This document shows, piece by piece, positions 14,784 through 26,699 of a DNA stretch of 64,000 nt. Numbering within the stretch: position 1 is the first letter of the stretch; every line of letters starts with the position of its first letter. Both the position numbers and the translations under genes were made by a program. Origin of the DNA: an uncultured virus (IMG/VR IMGVR_UViG_3300036802_000312) (lineage: Duplodnaviria > Heunggongvirae > Uroviricota > Caudoviricetes); IMG/VR virus record IMGVR_UViG_3300036802_000312, one strand, 5' to 3'. The notes under the pieces are model-generated. The model was not told where the DNA came from. It ran no database searches and saw only the letters and a list, made by a program, of their open reading frames with translations.

Positions 14784-15938
14784 ATGAATAAAAAATCTAT
14801 TGCTCACTTGCGTAATCAATTTAAGGAAGATAATGAGCTAATGAAAATCAGTGACATCTTTCATGTATATGTAAAAAAAGAAACAGGTGAAATTTATCAT
14901 GAAGGAAGTCAAAGTTTTGAAATGGTTGAGACTGAACAGCGAGAAATGTTCCTCAATAACTTCAAATCGGTATTAAAAGGAAAGCTTGATTCAAAGGTAT
15001 TCGCACTCAAGTTCAAACATGGAATTGAGGATAGCACCCAAACCATCCTTTATGATGGGTTAAACGATGATTCCATTGAATCATGGAAAGAATCGATGCT
15101 TAGCATCGTAGAAAAAATGTTTGGAGATGGTTCCTACGATATGGATACGGTTGTTACATTCATCCGTGGCGAGTATAGTAAGCCAACCACAAAAAGAAGT
15201 AAAGAATCCGAAGAAGGCGGAACGGATGAAATATATACAAGCAAGTTTATTTTGTGTAGTGTAAATAAAACCGATAAGCCCAAGAAATCCTTACTGTTTG
15301 ACTACATTGAAAAAGAATTCAAATCGAATAGCGTCCTTGATCCGATCATCAATCTATCATCACCATTAGTAGGATTTGTATTTCCTGCTTTTAATGACAA
15401 TTCCGCAGATGTGAATCATATTATTTATTCAGCAGGTGTCGCTAATAGCCCAGATACCCATTTCATAGAGAAAGTTTTGAATTGTGAGGATATCACTACT
15501 TCTAAAGAAGATAAGCAAAATTTCGAAAAGATACTGAGACAGGTTATTGGGAATAAGGTAGAAGCTACTAAGATTTCGTACTTGTACGAGAAAATACATC
15601 TTCAAATGGCTGACGACGAAGGTAACGCAACAATGTTAGATGTATCAGATATAGAAAGCTTACTACATGCAAGTGGAATTGAAGATGTTAAGGACGTTGC
15701 GTTGGCTTTTAAAGAAGTTCTTGATGACGACAGTCGTGAACTGAAAGCAAGCAATGTAATACCCAATTATACCTCGAAATCGATCAAAATTAATACAAAA
15801 ACCGCCGATGTATCTATCAGCCCAAAAGAGCTAAGGAACCTTCGTCAAATTACTCATAAGGGTAAAAAGTGTTTACTCATTGAGATTGAAGATGATGCAA
15901 TTATTGAAGGATTTGAACTTAAGGCAGAAAAGCTATAA
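14784..15938 (+). CDS. DUF4317 family protein
   Basis: MNKK.IAH.R.QFK..., GFVFPAFNDNSADVNH motif. Confidence 0.8.
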   Translation: MNKKSIAHLRNQFKEDNELMKISDIFHVYVKKETGEIYHEGSQSFEMVETEQREMFLNNFKSVLKGKLDSKVFALKFKHGIEDSTQTILYDGLNDDSIESWKESMLSIVEKMFGDGSYDMDTVVTFIRGEYSKPTTKRSKESEEGGTDEIYTSKFILCSVNKTDKPKKSLLFDYIEKEFKSNSVLDPIINLSSPLVGFVFPAFNDNSADVNHIIYSAGVANSPDTHFIEKVLNCEDITTSKEDKQNFEKILRQVIGNKVEATKISYLYEKIHLQMADDEGNATMLDVSDIESLLHASGIEDVKDVALAFKEVLDDDSRELKASNVIPNYTSKSIKINTKTADVSISPKELRNLRQITHKGKKCLLIEIEDDAIIEGFELKAEKL

Positions 15939-16187
15939 ATGTAATTTGCAGCGAAAAAAGAGCCTGGTCATTGATCAGCTCTTTTTTAGTAAGATTCTGG
16001 TATGGGATAAGGAACGAAACAAATTGAAGTAGTTGAATTTTACGAAAGAATGTCTCAATAGATTATAGGTATGTAGTTTCATATTGAACTTCACCGAATA
16101 AAGAATAATGCTTTTAGAGCTGTCTATTATAAAGAGTCTTTATAGAATAGGAAATTTACTATTACATTTCGAAGGGGAGATCGTTAA

Positions 16188-17015
16188 ATGAAATTTAATA
16201 TTTTTGCTGGTATTGATATGTCAGAAGAAGCAGTAAATAAAAGACGTCAAGAAGCTTTTACTCTTTCTAAAGAGAATCCAGAAAACATGTCTTACTGGCT
16301 TCCTAAAATTCTGGCATCGACCACGAAAGATCGCTCGGTGTTAAAAGTACCTATCACTGAGATTGTTCCACTGGATTTTGAGATGTGGAAATGGTTGAGA
16401 AGTGATCAGTATACACCAGAAAAAATAACAGAACTAAATGATTTCCTGGTTGGAAAGATTGGGGGATTCTTAGAAAAAGAAAAAACTCTGTTTATGAAAA
16501 CAGGTACTTTTAGCAATAAGTTTTCTTTTGATACCACTGTTATTGAAAATGATAAAAACATTGGAGAAAAACTGTTAAACATGTTTTATACTTCAATGAT
16601 GCTTGGTGCTGATGAGACGGCTGAGGTCGTATTTCGACAAATGGTAAAAGATAAAGAAGAGAGGCTTAAAATTTATGGCGGTATGCCTCTTCATACAGAG
16701 TTTCGAATTTTCTACGATTTTGACTCGGGAATAGTGATTGGTGTTTCAAACTACTGGCATCCTGACATAATGGTAAAAGGGAATTTGAGCGATCAGGATC
16801 TTGCGATTTATCTACAAGAAAAAGAAAAAATCGTATCTGACTTCAATCAATACAAACACAAAGTAGCAGAAGAAGTACAACTATTTGTGGAAGGAGAAAC
16901 TAATTTGCAAGGTAGATGGTCGATAGATGTAATGAAGAATGGTGACGAATTCTGGTTGATTGATATGGCAAGAATGGAAAGAAGTGCGTTGATACAACAA
17001 ATTGAACAAATCTAA
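16188..17015 (+). CDS. ATP-grasp-like protein (R2K/Cdc123-like)
   Basis: FMKTGTFSNKF, HTEFRIFYD, WSIDVM..FWLIDMA. Confidence 0.6.
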   Translation: MKFNIFAGIDMSEEAVNKRRQEAFTLSKENPENMSYWLPKILASTTKDRSVLKVPITEIVPLDFEMWKWLRSDQYTPEKITELNDFLVGKIGGFLEKEKTLFMKTGTFSNKFSFDTTVIENDKNIGEKLLNMFYTSMMLGADETAEVVFRQMVKDKEERLKIYGGMPLHTEFRIFYDFDSGIVIGVSNYWHPDIMVKGNLSDQDLAIYLQEKEKIVSDFNQYKHKVAEEVQLFVEGETNLQGRWSIDVMKNGDEFWLIDMARMERSALIQQIEQI

Positions 17016-17260
17016 AGAAAAAGCCGTGAAGCCTCATTATATATGAGGGTTTCGGCTCTTTTTTTATATATAACAAGAGAAATCAAAAGTATAGAGGGCG
17101 CAATCATATTATTTCTCTTTTACCACCTTCAAACCATCCGATTTGATAATTAATTGTTCGTCATTCAGTTATATTCAGAACATTCATTCAAAGTTGGTTT
17201 GGAAATGTGGGATTATTAAAGTTAAAGAAGGAGTGACTCGAAAGCCACCCCAAAAAACAC

Positions 17261-18022
17261 TTATTTAGAGATCGTGAATCCATCATCAACCTTAACTGTA
17301 GTACCATTAATAGCATACGCATCATCAGAAACTAAGAAGGCTACGGCGCTTCCGATTCGATCAGCGGGGATTAAAGTTTTTCTTAGGTGAGAATTTGCAA
17401 CGTGATTTTTAATCGTGTCGTTCCCACCATGAATTCCGCCAAGCAATTCGGTATCAACACCGCCTGGTTGGATTGCAACTACTCGAATACCATATGGAGC
17501 AAGTTCTAAAGCTGCTGATTTTGTCATCATAAGCACAGCCGCCTTCGTTGCACCATATGCCATCACATTGCGACTTGCAAACTCGCCTAATACAGAGGAA
17601 GTATTGAGAATTACACCTTTAATACCTAATTCTTTCATCTTCTTTGAAGCCGCAAGAATTCCGTGAAATACACCGTATTGATTAACCTCAACTGTCTTAT
17701 AGAAATCTTTTTCAGGATCGATGTCCAGTAATGGTTTGTTTATAATCATTCCTGCGTTATTGATCATAATATCCAACTTACCATGTTTCTCAACCGTAAA
17801 ATCAACTGCCTTTTCTACTTGCATGTAATCTGCTACATCGGTTTGTACAAATGAAACATCAAACCCTTTATCTCGTAGCCCTTTGGCAAAATTCTCACCA
17901 ACGTTTACATTTCGACTCGCAATTACAACCTTTGCTCCCTCGTAACATAATGCTTGAACCATAGCTTGTCCAATCCCAGAAGCACCTCCTGTTACTAATG
18001 CTACTTTGTCTTTTAATTTCAT
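17261..18022 (-). CDS. SDR family NAD(P)-dependent oxidoreductase
   Basis: TGGASGIG, NNAG, YGATK, PG. Confidence 0.93.
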   Translation of the reverse strand: MKLKDKVALVTGGASGIGQAMVQALCYEGAKVVIASRNVNVGENFAKGLRDKGFDVSFVQTDVADYMQVEKAVDFTVEKHGKLDIMINNAGMIINKPLLDIDPEKDFYKTVEVNQYGVFHGILAASKKMKELGIKGVILNTSSVLGEFASRNVMAYGATKAAVLMMTKSAALELAPYGIRVVAIQPGGVDTELLGGIHGGNDTIKNHVANSHLRKTLIPADRIGSAVAFLVSDDAYAINGTTVKVDDGFTISK

Positions 18023-18325
18023 TTAATCCCATCCTTTATTTTGTATTTTTATCTGAAATCTATGTTAAGCACTTATTGTCACAACTATTCTGTAGATAGT
18101 GCTTAATAGAACATTTAAAGATAATAATAGTCGTATCCTTAATAACCATCAGAGTATGAGTAATGAAATTCAAATTAATTAAATAATTTTATAGTCAATA
18201 TAAATTGTATCGTTGTCTATTGTATATAAAACATGTTAAAATAATCAAAAGACAGATATCAATTTGTTCTTCTTTGTAAAACATAAAATACTAAAATGAT
18301 GGGATAGAAAATCTTAAGGAAAGAG

Positions 18326-18565
18326 GTGTACGAATTGGATAAGATTTGTGGTAAATGTTCTCAAGAAACTGGAATGGTTATTGAGGATCGCATTGAACTT
18401 GCGTTATCTCGATTGCCAAATAAGATTTACAATTGCCCAATATGCAAAAAAAATCATGCGTTCAAATGGAAATATGGGGAGGTGATACGTGTTCAAACAC
18501 AAGTTAACCTTCCCAAAAAGACACCTCGAAAAGAATTAAGAGAAGAACAACTGACCTTATTCTAA
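18326..18565 (+). CDS. small zinc-ribbon protein
   Basis: CGKC..CPIC; QLTLF clamp-binding-like tail. Confidence 0.6.
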   Translation: MYELDKICGKCSQETGMVIEDRIELALSRLPNKIYNCPICKKNHAFKWKYGEVIRVQTQVNLPKKTPRKELREEQLTLF

Positions 18566-18730
18566 ATAGGAGTTAATCAGTATAGATTTCGATGATTACC
18601 TCCTTTTGTACATTAAAAAGATAAAACCAGTAATGTCAATTAATATAAAGATTTCGCATTTGATTGCGTTAGATAAACTTTTAAGTCAATAGATTATCAA
18701 AATCTAAGAGAAAGACGAGGGACTTTACCA

Positions 18731-19171
18731 ATGAAAAAACATGATTGGGTTATTTTGAGAGAAGCAGAAGATATGGGATTAGTTGTTGCAATGACAAGTA
18801 CTGTTGAACGAAATCGTACAACATTGAATAACGAACTGAGCGCCTATTTCAAAACGAAGCTTCCAAATTATTCAGGTATCTTTGATGAAGAAACATATGA
18901 GGACATTCTTGATCAAATCAATTCGTATATTGATGAACATAATATTGACAAACACGAGTTGACGTTTCCGATTACAGAAGGAAGTGATATTTACTTAATT
19001 CGTATTACAGATAACCTCCAATTGAAAATTTTAATTGCTGATGAATACTACGGAGATGGGGATTATAGTAAATATATTTCAATTGACTTTTTTGTTATAA
19101 ACGAAAATACTACCTCAAAAGATGTGGATGTTCTAACTGATTTTATAGAAAAATACATTTCACAATCATGA
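18731..19171 (+). CDS. hypothetical protein
   Basis: ORF with SD. Confidence 0.7.
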   Translation: MKKHDWVILREAEDMGLVVAMTSTVERNRTTLNNELSAYFKTKLPNYSGIFDEETYEDILDQINSYIDEHNIDKHELTFPITEGSDIYLIRITDNLQLKILIADEYYGDGDYSKYISIDFFVINENTTSKDVDVLTDFIEKYISQS

Positions 19172-19266
19172 TGTGACATAAATCTTTAATTAGTGGGTTG
19201 TGGATCTGACTTAAGCGGAATCATTAACAATAGTACGAAAATGAGAACTATGTTAAATGATTCTTA

Positions 19267-19548
19267 ATGAAGTATAAATATAATATGATAGGTGGTTTTT
19301 ACTTGTCTTTTAATCCTTTTCCTATATGGTTTATTTTGATTGTTGTCATTCCGTTTACACTACTTTATTGCATTACCTACTTACCTTTCTACGTTCTAAG
19401 AATAGTTGGGTTGGGGAAATACTACAAAATTGGACATTACATTTTCTTTGAGAATATTCAACAATTTATTCTGCAACCAAAGAACTACTTTAAAAAAATA
19501 AAATCAATTCAAAGGCAAATCATTCAAGATAGCAAACGTTTCAAATAA
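19267..19548 (+). CDS. small membrane protein
   Basis: hydrophobic N-terminal half. Confidence 0.5.
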   Translation: MKYKYNMIGGFYLSFNPFPIWFILIVVIPFTLLYCITYLPFYVLRIVGLGKYYKIGHYIFFENIQQFILQPKNYFKKIKSIQRQIIQDSKRFK

Positions 19549-19572
19549 AATGTTATTTAAAATAAAAATGGG

Positions 19573-19953
19573 GTGAGTTTAGTGAATGCTAAATTGATGG
19601 AATATCTTGAAAATAGTAAATATCTACCTGATTTTATTAAAGATTTCGATGATCAGAAGGTTTTATTCAAACGTCTTGATCGTTTAGTGCAAGCAAGAAA
19701 TGATGTATACACAAAGGATGTAAATTGGATAGCAGGTCAAGTGTATACCATTGATGTTTTCCTATGGTTCATGGCGAAGCATGGTTACACCCTACAAAAA
19801 AATCGAAGAAAAATAGAATTTGAAAATATTTATGATGATTTAGATGCTTTTGAAAATGAGTTGAACGAACAACATGCTAACTTTTTAAAACAAATAATAA
19901 ATGAACGTATGAATAAAAAGAATGAACCAGAAGACGTTCTAACAACGCCATAG
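19573..19953 (+). CDS. phage-type hypothetical protein
   Basis: YLPDF.KDF.DQK.LFK..YTIDVFLWFMAKHGYTLQK. Confidence 0.7.
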   Translation: MSLVNAKLMEYLENSKYLPDFIKDFDDQKVLFKRLDRLVQARNDVYTKDVNWIAGQVYTIDVFLWFMAKHGYTLQKNRRKIEFENIYDDLDAFENELNEQHANFLKQIINERMNKKNEPEDVLTTP

Positions 19954-20042
19954 CTTTCAAGTAAAGCGCTAATATGGAAAATACTCAAACTCAAGCAGTG
20001 TATTTTCTTTAATTCATTAATTAAAAGGAGTTTTTCTGATAA

Positions 20043-20555
20043 ATGAAAGATTATAACCAAATTAATCGTAAAGATATTGAAGCCCTTGTGAGTGAATTGA
20101 AAAACAATCGCATTAATTTAAATCAACAAATCATCAAAGCTCAAGAAGAAGGTATAGATTACCTTGTTTCGCTTTATAGAGGTGAGTATTTTTCAACAGG
20201 ACAGGCGATAACAAAGTTAAATAAATTGTTAGAGATTCCATTCGATGATGTGGTATTAGGTGTTCAAAAAGGAATCTTTGACTACAAAGTGGTTGTACAT
20301 CAGCTCAATTTAGAAGAAATGATTCATCCAGGAGGAAAATTGACGGTCGAATCGTTCGCTAAAATACTTGTTGCAACATGGAGAAACGAAAATTTGAGTA
20401 CTACTTCATTCATTGAATTCAAAAATCTTCAACAAGAAATTCTTGATGGAGAGAAGGAGCACTGGTCATTAGCTATTGCTTATAATGTATCAAACAATCT
20501 GAGCGAAAAAATCGTTCATTCATGGGAAGAGAATAATAGCACAATACTTGTCTAA
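20043..20555 (+). CDS. hypothetical protein
   Basis: ORF with SD AAGGAG. Confidence 0.65.
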   Translation: MKDYNQINRKDIEALVSELKNNRINLNQQIIKAQEEGIDYLVSLYRGEYFSTGQAITKLNKLLEIPFDDVVLGVQKGIFDYKVVVHQLNLEEMIHPGGKLTVESFAKILVATWRNENLSTTSFIEFKNLQQEILDGEKEHWSLAIAYNVSNNLSEKIVHSWEENNSTILV

Positions 20556-20896
20556 ATTCGGTTCATTATAGAAAAGTAGCATGTTAATCAACTCAGAATG
20601 TGAAGTGATTCTTTGAAACAGCTCTTTATTTTCCAGTTTCTAAGACAAAGCAAATGTAAAAAATGATTTTTTCAATATAATGAAAATTCTTAAAACTGCA
20701 AAATGAAATTGGAAAACATCTTTCTTAAATCGATTAATAACCAAGTTAAAATGAAACTCTTTTTAAAGCTGATCCTTCGGATTGGCTTTTTTGTCATTTA
20801 ATTTAACTTGAGAAATATAGCGCCTAAAATTAATTGCATTTAGTCAACGCATAATATAATATTGATTATAATAAATAATAGAGGTTGTGCTTAGAT

Positions 20897-21580
20897 ATGA
20901 TTCAGAAACTTATCTTTGAGGAAAAAAGCAAGCTACAAATGTTACTTGGATATAAAGAAGTTGAGTTGAAAAATCTTACGATTCTGATGGGACCTAACGG
21001 GGTAGGGAAATCATCCTTAGTTCAAGGACTATCTTCGAAAATAGAAAGATCAGGTGTTCCAGAATATTATAGGAGTTGTGGAGAATCCATCCAGGTTATT
21101 ACTGATAGATCATACGAAATTGAAATATTAAAAGCACGTCAAGACAATGGGAAATACAGAGGTTATTTTGAGGATGTGAATTTAGATATCGAAATGCTCT
21201 TTCAAAGTGAAGGACAATCTACAATGACTATGCTTAATAATCGATTGGCAAAATTGATCGAAAAGTTAACTCAAAATCCAGAAAGGATGATCACCTTTCT
21301 TATTGATGAATTAGATAGCGGAGTTTCCTTTGATAATGTGATTTTAATTGTTACTTTTTTAAAAAATATACAATTAAAGTTCCCCAATTTACAAATCATA
21401 ATGACTGCTCACAACTATGAATTTGCTCGCTCTTTTCCTGAAAATACTTTTTGGGTTCCAATAGGTCAGTATATTGATATGCGAGAATATGAACAATATC
21501 AAGCGCTATATCATTTACATCTTATAAAGAAACAATTTAAGAAACGCGACAAAGAAAAATCAGAAGGAGAACAGAAATGA
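20897..21580 (+). CDS. AAA/ABC-type ATPase
   Basis: Walker A GPNGVGKS, SEGQ signature, Walker B IDELDSG, H-loop. Confidence 0.85.
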   Translation: MIQKLIFEEKSKLQMLLGYKEVELKNLTILMGPNGVGKSSLVQGLSSKIERSGVPEYYRSCGESIQVITDRSYEIEILKARQDNGKYRGYFEDVNLDIEMLFQSEGQSTMTMLNNRLAKLIEKLTQNPERMITFLIDELDSGVSFDNVILIVTFLKNIQLKFPNLQIIMTAHNYEFARSFPENTFWVPIGQYIDMREYEQYQALYHLHLIKKQFKKRDKEKSEGEQK

Positions 21581-22095
21581 AAAATACTAAGTTTTTCATT
21601 CCAGTTATAATTGTTTTCTTATTATTCGTTATGTTACCGATTAAATTAACGCAAATAGCGATCCAATCAAATTGGATTGAAAGAGAATTTGGGAGTCGGG
21701 AGCTAATAGAATTCTCAGTAGATATCAAAGAAAACTATGATGAGAAATACCCAAAACTAATCACATATATCTACTCTAATAGAAGTAACAGTCCTCTATT
21801 TGGATCAAATAGTACCTACGTCTTCAAGAGAAGTAGTTTTATGGGTTTCACTAAAATATCCACCGAATTGGCAGAAAAAAGAGGTTCAAATTATTTTTAT
21901 CTGACAAGCTCATCAAAAGGAAAGATTGTTGAAGAAGAAAATGAAAAAACACATCAGGTGTCCATTTTTAATATGAATGAAAAGCAAGGATCTATTCGTA
22001 TTTCTACTCAAAGTAAAGAGCATGCGAAATGGATTGTAGAACATCTTAGCGACGAATTAGTTTGGTATGAAATATTGAAAAATAAAACTGAGTAA
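21577..22095 (+). CDS. membrane-anchored hypothetical protein
   Basis: N-terminal TM; ATGA overlap with the ATPase. Confidence 0.7.
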   Translation: MKNTKFFIPVIIVFLLFVMLPIKLTQIAIQSNWIEREFGSRELIEFSVDIKENYDEKYPKLITYIYSNRSNSPLFGSNSTYVFKRSSFMGFTKISTELAEKRGSNYFYLTSSSKGKIVEEENEKTHQVSIFNMNEKQGSIRISTQSKEHAKWIVEHLSDELVWYEILKNKTE

Positions 22096-22252
22096 CCATT
22101 AAACATAATAGACGTTCCCGATTGAAGAGTAGCAAAATTGCTATTCTTTTTTAAAATGTATAATGAATAGGTTTGATTGTGATACCGTAATATATCGAGT
22201 TAGCAAATAAAAAGGCTACATCAAATTGTAAAATACATTAGGAGGAGTTTTT

Positions 22253-23134
22253 ATGAATCAAGTTGGCGGACGTAATGCAGGAAATGATGAAGTTTTTAAT
22301 TTCAAAATGTTGTTAACCGCTGTATTTAATTGGGCATACAACAATGATCTCGACTTGTACAAAAATTTGGATAGCACATTTGAAGCGTTTGAATGTAGAA
22401 GTGGTTTAAGTCAAGAACAAACTAAACAAATTTATAATTATGCAATTCCAGATCAACAAACTGTTATTAAACTTCTTTCGAAAGCAATAACCCTGGCAGA
22501 TTATCATGACACATTGAAATTTAGCTGGACATTTATTACGAATAATAACTCAACAAATAAAGGTCATGGGAGTTACGAATGGAAGTATTCAAGCTTTGTT
22601 TCACATCCTTATTCGGAATTAATCCCTTTAATTAAAGCACAAATGGAGTTATTAGAAGAAAAAGGATTAAATAGTTGGAGTAAATCAATAGATATTGAAA
22701 AACATACTCACTTCAGATGGTGGATGAATCATTTTTTAGAGGTTGATCGTGCAATCTCATTGCGGTTCTTTGTTCAGCATACTGGAAATGTGCAATCCTT
22801 TGATACCTTATACGTTGGTACAAATCAAAACGAGGCTTATCATGCCATCATTCAATTCATTTTAGATCAAAACATCGTTCCAGATCCGTGTTATAAAAGT
22901 CTGGACGTTCCCGATTTTGTGAATCCAGATCATTATAATCCTCGACCTATTAAGTCGTCAGGAAGATTTGGAGGGTTCAATTATTTAGTTTATTTAACCG
23001 GAAGAGAACTAAAGGAAATTTACAAAACGAAAATAGTTGAAGATGATCTCAACTATATGGAGAAGGCAATTTGGAGTTATATTAACGCTACAATCATGGA
23101 GAAAGAAACTCGTTTTTATTTGTTTTTCACTTGA
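22253..23134 (+). CDS. hypothetical protein
   Basis: 293 aa; SD AGGAGG. Confidence 0.75.
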   Translation: MNQVGGRNAGNDEVFNFKMLLTAVFNWAYNNDLDLYKNLDSTFEAFECRSGLSQEQTKQIYNYAIPDQQTVIKLLSKAITLADYHDTLKFSWTFITNNNSTNKGHGSYEWKYSSFVSHPYSELIPLIKAQMELLEEKGLNSWSKSIDIEKHTHFRWWMNHFLEVDRAISLRFFVQHTGNVQSFDTLYVGTNQNEAYHAIIQFILDQNIVPDPCYKSLDVPDFVNPDHYNPRPIKSSGRFGGFNYLVYLTGRELKEIYKTKIVEDDLNYMEKAIWSYINATIMEKETRFYLFFT

Positions 23135-23175
23135 AACATCCTATAATACCACTTGTAGAAGGGTGAGTTCAACGA

Positions 23176-23952
23176 TTGAGAATAATTCGATTTAAATCAA
23201 AAAAAATACCCTTTTGTTCTTTCGTATTGTTATTAGTATTTATAGTTAGTAGCGGTTGTTCATCTGCCTACAAGCCTCAAGCGCCATTTAAGGAAAGCCT
23301 ACATGAAAATGTAAATGCATCTATTCCAGAAGCAACTACGCAACCATCAAAGCCATTAAACAGGATATCACCAAGCGATCAACCTACAGAAGTTTCTAAG
23401 TACGATGTCGTCATTGTGTTTCCGGCTGTAAAGTATCCTGAGACAGCAAAGCACATACAAGATGCTATAGAAAACGGAGAATCAAATATATGTACCATTG
23501 ATAGATCAAGTGCAGATGCAAACAGAGATAAATCTTTAGATGGTATACCGACGAAAAAGGGGTATGATCGAGATGAATGGCCGATGGCTATGTGTAGTGA
23601 AGGTGGTTCAGGAGCCGACATCGCCTATGTAACGCCTTCTGATAATCGAGGGGCAGGATCATGGGTTGGCAATCAACTTGATGGTTACAAGGATGGTACG
23701 AGGATCTTGTTTCTAATCGAAAGAGATAAAAGTGAAATGACTTCAGAAACATTAAAACCCATTTCTCCAATAATCGAATCTACGAAATCTACTGATCATA
23801 TCAAGGAAAAAGCTAAAGAAGCACTATCAGATATCTACTATAAGAATTGCACAGCCGTAAAAGAAGCAGGTGTGGCTCCTATACATGTTGGCGAGCCTGG
23901 TTACAGTAAAAGCCTTGATCGTGATGGAGATGGAGTAGTATGTGAATCTTAA
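23176..23952 (+). CDS. NucA/NucB-family DNase lipoprotein with C-terminal Excalibur domain
   Basis: lipobox [49 protein letters not shown]. Confidence 0.9.
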   Translation: MRIIRFKSKKIPFCSFVLLLVFIVSSGCSSAYKPQAPFKESLHENVNASIPEATTQPSKPLNRISPSDQPTEVSKYDVVIVFPAVKYPETAKHIQDAIENGESNICTIDRSSADANRDKSLDGIPTKKGYDRDEWPMAMCSEGGSGADIAYVTPSDNRGAGSWVGNQLDGYKDGTRILFLIERDKSEMTSETLKPISPIIESTKSTDHIKEKAKEALSDIYYKNCTAVKEAGVAPIHVGEPGYSKSLDRDGDGVVCES

Positions 23953-23968
23953 CGCATGAGCTATAAAT

Positions 23969-24004
23969 TAAAGAGACTACGTAACAATAGTAGTCTCTTT
24001 TTTT
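23969..24004. terminator. bidirectional terminator
   Basis: AAAGAGACTAC...GTAGTCTCTTTTTT between convergent genes. Confidence 0.75.
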
Positions 24005-24051
24005 CGTATCTATATACATATTAATTCCTAATTAATAAGGTATCAATTGTT

Positions 24052-24783
24052 CTACCCTTGAATATTTTTTGTTGTTTTAGTTTTCTTTTTATTTGCGACA
24101 GGATCTAATAACCGACTCCGATCCCAACCCTTTAATGCTCTACCTCTTATAACATTTACAGAAAGTCCACTTAATTCTGACCATTCCTCTATAGTTTTCG
24201 TTTCTCCATTGATAGTTATAAGGTAAGGCGTTTTATTCTCTATCATTTCCCGAATTTTCTTTAGTAGTGCTGAATTTTCTTCCCTATTGTTTAACGTGGA
24301 TTTCTTCTTTTTAAAAATTTCCTTTTTAGACTCTTTCTTTTTAGACTCTTTCCTTTTAGACTCTTTCCTTTTAGGTTTTTCTTCTTCAACGGAAGACACT
24401 TCAAGTTCAAATTGATTAATATTTAGTTGAAATGGAATCATTTCATCTACATATCGAACATACGTAATGTCTTTTTGTTGGTTAATCCAAACTTGCCTTA
24501 ATTTTCTCAATCTAAGATGGACATGCGTGTAAAAGAAAGTTGAAAACTTAGAACCTTTACTGGAATCGTAGTTGTGAAACGCTTCTACGAAGTACATGTT
24601 TAGCATTGACTTAAAATCATCTGCTTCAATATTCATAAATTTAATCTTCGGGTACCACTGCGTAAATGAATCGTAAATTAAGCCCTGGTTCGTGAGATAT
24701 AATTGATTAAACAGTTCGGGATCATAGTTATTTTTGATTCTCTCAATCATTTCTTCGTTCGTCATAAATTCATACCCATTCAT
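24052..24783 (-). CDS. sigma-70 region 2-like protein fused to an HNH-type C-terminal HTH
   Basis: YD.SKGSKFSTF motif; ITINGETKTIEEWSELSG. Confidence 0.65.
   Translation of the reverse strand: MNGYEFMTNEEMIERIKNNYDPELFNQLYLTNQGLIYDSFTQWYPKIKFMNIEADDFKSMLNMYFVEAFHNYDSSKGSKFSTFFYTHVHLRLRKLRQVWINQQKDITYVRYVDEMIPFQLNINQFELEVSSVEEEKPKRKESKRKESKKKESKKEIFKKKKSTLNNREENSALLKKIREMIENKTPYLITINGETKTIEEWSELSGLSVNVIRGRALKGWDRSRLLDPVANKKKTKTTKNIQG
24322..24373 (-). repeat. 15-nt tandem repeat (K[RK]KES)x3 within the CDS
   Basis: ttagactctttc[c/t]tt repeated. Confidence 0.7.
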
Positions 24784-25096
24784 TTAATTATTTCAAATCA
24801 AAGGTTAACTTTGAATACATAAAAGTTTACCATGTTCGCATGGTAGATGAAAGCTAATAGCGATATTATCATAAGATATGAAATTTAAAAGAGTTAACTA
24901 TCTACATTATAACAATTTTGAGACATGTTGAATTGATATGTGTGTCTATAGCATTAGTAATCTAAATGAATTTTATAACTAAAATTAAATTAAATTTTAC
25001 AATGATGAATCTTTATCAAATAATCCGTTTATATGTATTGCCTATAGTCATCATATGATATAATATGTTTATAGACAATTATTCAATAAAGGAGTT

Positions 25097-25822
25097 ATGT
25101 ACATGATGAGTAAAAGTAAAATGTGTATTGCTGCTATTTCCTTTCTCTTGATTTTCAATCTTGTTTTATCAGGATGTACTTTTGAAGAAGAAGTCATTCC
25201 CATCGATCAGAGCGTTCCTACAATGAAGAAACTTTCTGGTAATAAAATATCATTCGATCATGAAATAAGTGGAAGTATTATTACAACATCTTATGATTTA
25301 GGTGAATACAAATTAGAAAACTGGAGAGTTACGGACTCCAAATCAATTAATGTGAATGTCGCAGTGAAAGAATTGGCAAAGGGAACTGAATTATTAGTAG
25401 AACACGTTCATGCTGATGCATCTATCAAATCAACTGATCCTCAGCTTAATGGTTTAACTCAAGATTCTATGGACAATTCATATCATGGAACATCTCAAGA
25501 TGGTTTCCTCATTAATGAAAAGTATTCATACTCCAATATTTTTGCTATTGAAGGATTTTCAAAAGATATTATAAATGGTTGGATGTTCTACGCAGGGGAT
25601 TATGGATCAGGAAGCATTTCATCGAAAAGATTAACAGAAGGATCTCTATTGAAATCAGGCACGTATGGTAGTCAACTAACAGTTGTCTATAATTTCTTAG
25701 TGAAGAAAACTGGAGATGAAAAGTATCATATCGAAAGCTTAGAAGATCGTATTATTATTCCAACAATGGCGCTTATTGAATTGAAAAACAAACAATCCGA
25801 ACAACACAAGAATGAGGAATAG
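25097..25822 (+). CDS. lipoprotein
   Basis: lipobox LSGC. Confidence 0.8.
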   Translation: MYMMSKSKMCIAAISFLLIFNLVLSGCTFEEEVIPIDQSVPTMKKLSGNKISFDHEISGSIITTSYDLGEYKLENWRVTDSKSINVNVAVKELAKGTELLVEHVHADASIKSTDPQLNGLTQDSMDNSYHGTSQDGFLINEKYSYSNIFAIEGFSKDIINGWMFYAGDYGSGSISSKRLTEGSLLKSGTYGSQLTVVYNFLVKKTGDEKYHIESLEDRIIIPTMALIELKNKQSEQHKNEE

Positions 25823-25827
25823 AGAAA

Positions 25828-26382
25828 ATGTTAGGAAAATCAGATATCGCTATTGTTATGAAAGATGATTCATTTTCATTAGAATCGGATGAAGGTTTCT
25901 TGGGTTACTATGATACATTGGACGATGCGCTCGAAATTCGATTATTATGTATCGGAATCAAGCCCGTAGTAAGCCAGAGTTTTGACGTGAATCAATTGCC
26001 TTTATTGGTTATGTATGAATTTCCTCACTTTGTTAAAAGTTCTAAAGATGATCCTGAAATTTTGAGGATTTTATTTTTTCAAAATGAAGAATTGAAAGCT
26101 CGTTACTTAAATGAATGCCAAAATTCCAGAGGTTTAACTTACAAAGAAAAATTCGGTGAACTACTTGGATATCCACCAATTGCTATAGCGGATTATTTGG
26201 AAAGAATGAGAGAGTTGAGTGAAAACAAGAGGATTTCTTCTTGGAAACGAATTGATTACCATGGTCAATCTTTCATCTGTAAAGAAGAAAATGTGCAATC
26301 ATGTCTTGATTGGCTGGATAAACAATACAACATCCCATTCAAATATCAAACAGGCATTCATATAACAGATCCTTTTAAATAA
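25828..26382 (+). CDS. hypothetical protein
   Basis: GELLGYPP motif; ORF. Confidence 0.7.
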   Translation: MLGKSDIAIVMKDDSFSLESDEGFLGYYDTLDDALEIRLLCIGIKPVVSQSFDVNQLPLLVMYEFPHFVKSSKDDPEILRILFFQNEELKARYLNECQNSRGLTYKEKFGELLGYPPIAIADYLERMRELSENKRISSWKRIDYHGQSFICKEENVQSCLDWLDKQYNIPFKYQTGIHITDPFK

Positions 26383-26699
26383 AAATATAGACAGCCATAT
26401 AGTAGGCTATTGCAATGATACGGTTAAAATAAGCTGAATGTGATCTTCTCTCAAGCTTATCTCCAGGTCTCAACGAGAAGATTAGATATCTTTTTATTAA
26501 ATCTTCAGAACATAGTTAACATGGAAATTGAATACCGTTATCAAAATAACACGTTCGAAGTACAGAAAGATTATATTTGCTAAATTCTCTTGAAAATATC
26601 TCTTGATTAACTATCAAGCATGTTTGTTGTATATAATAAAGGGATTTTATATAATAGGTGTTTTTCAAAATAAAAACAGAAATAATAGGAGGAATTTTT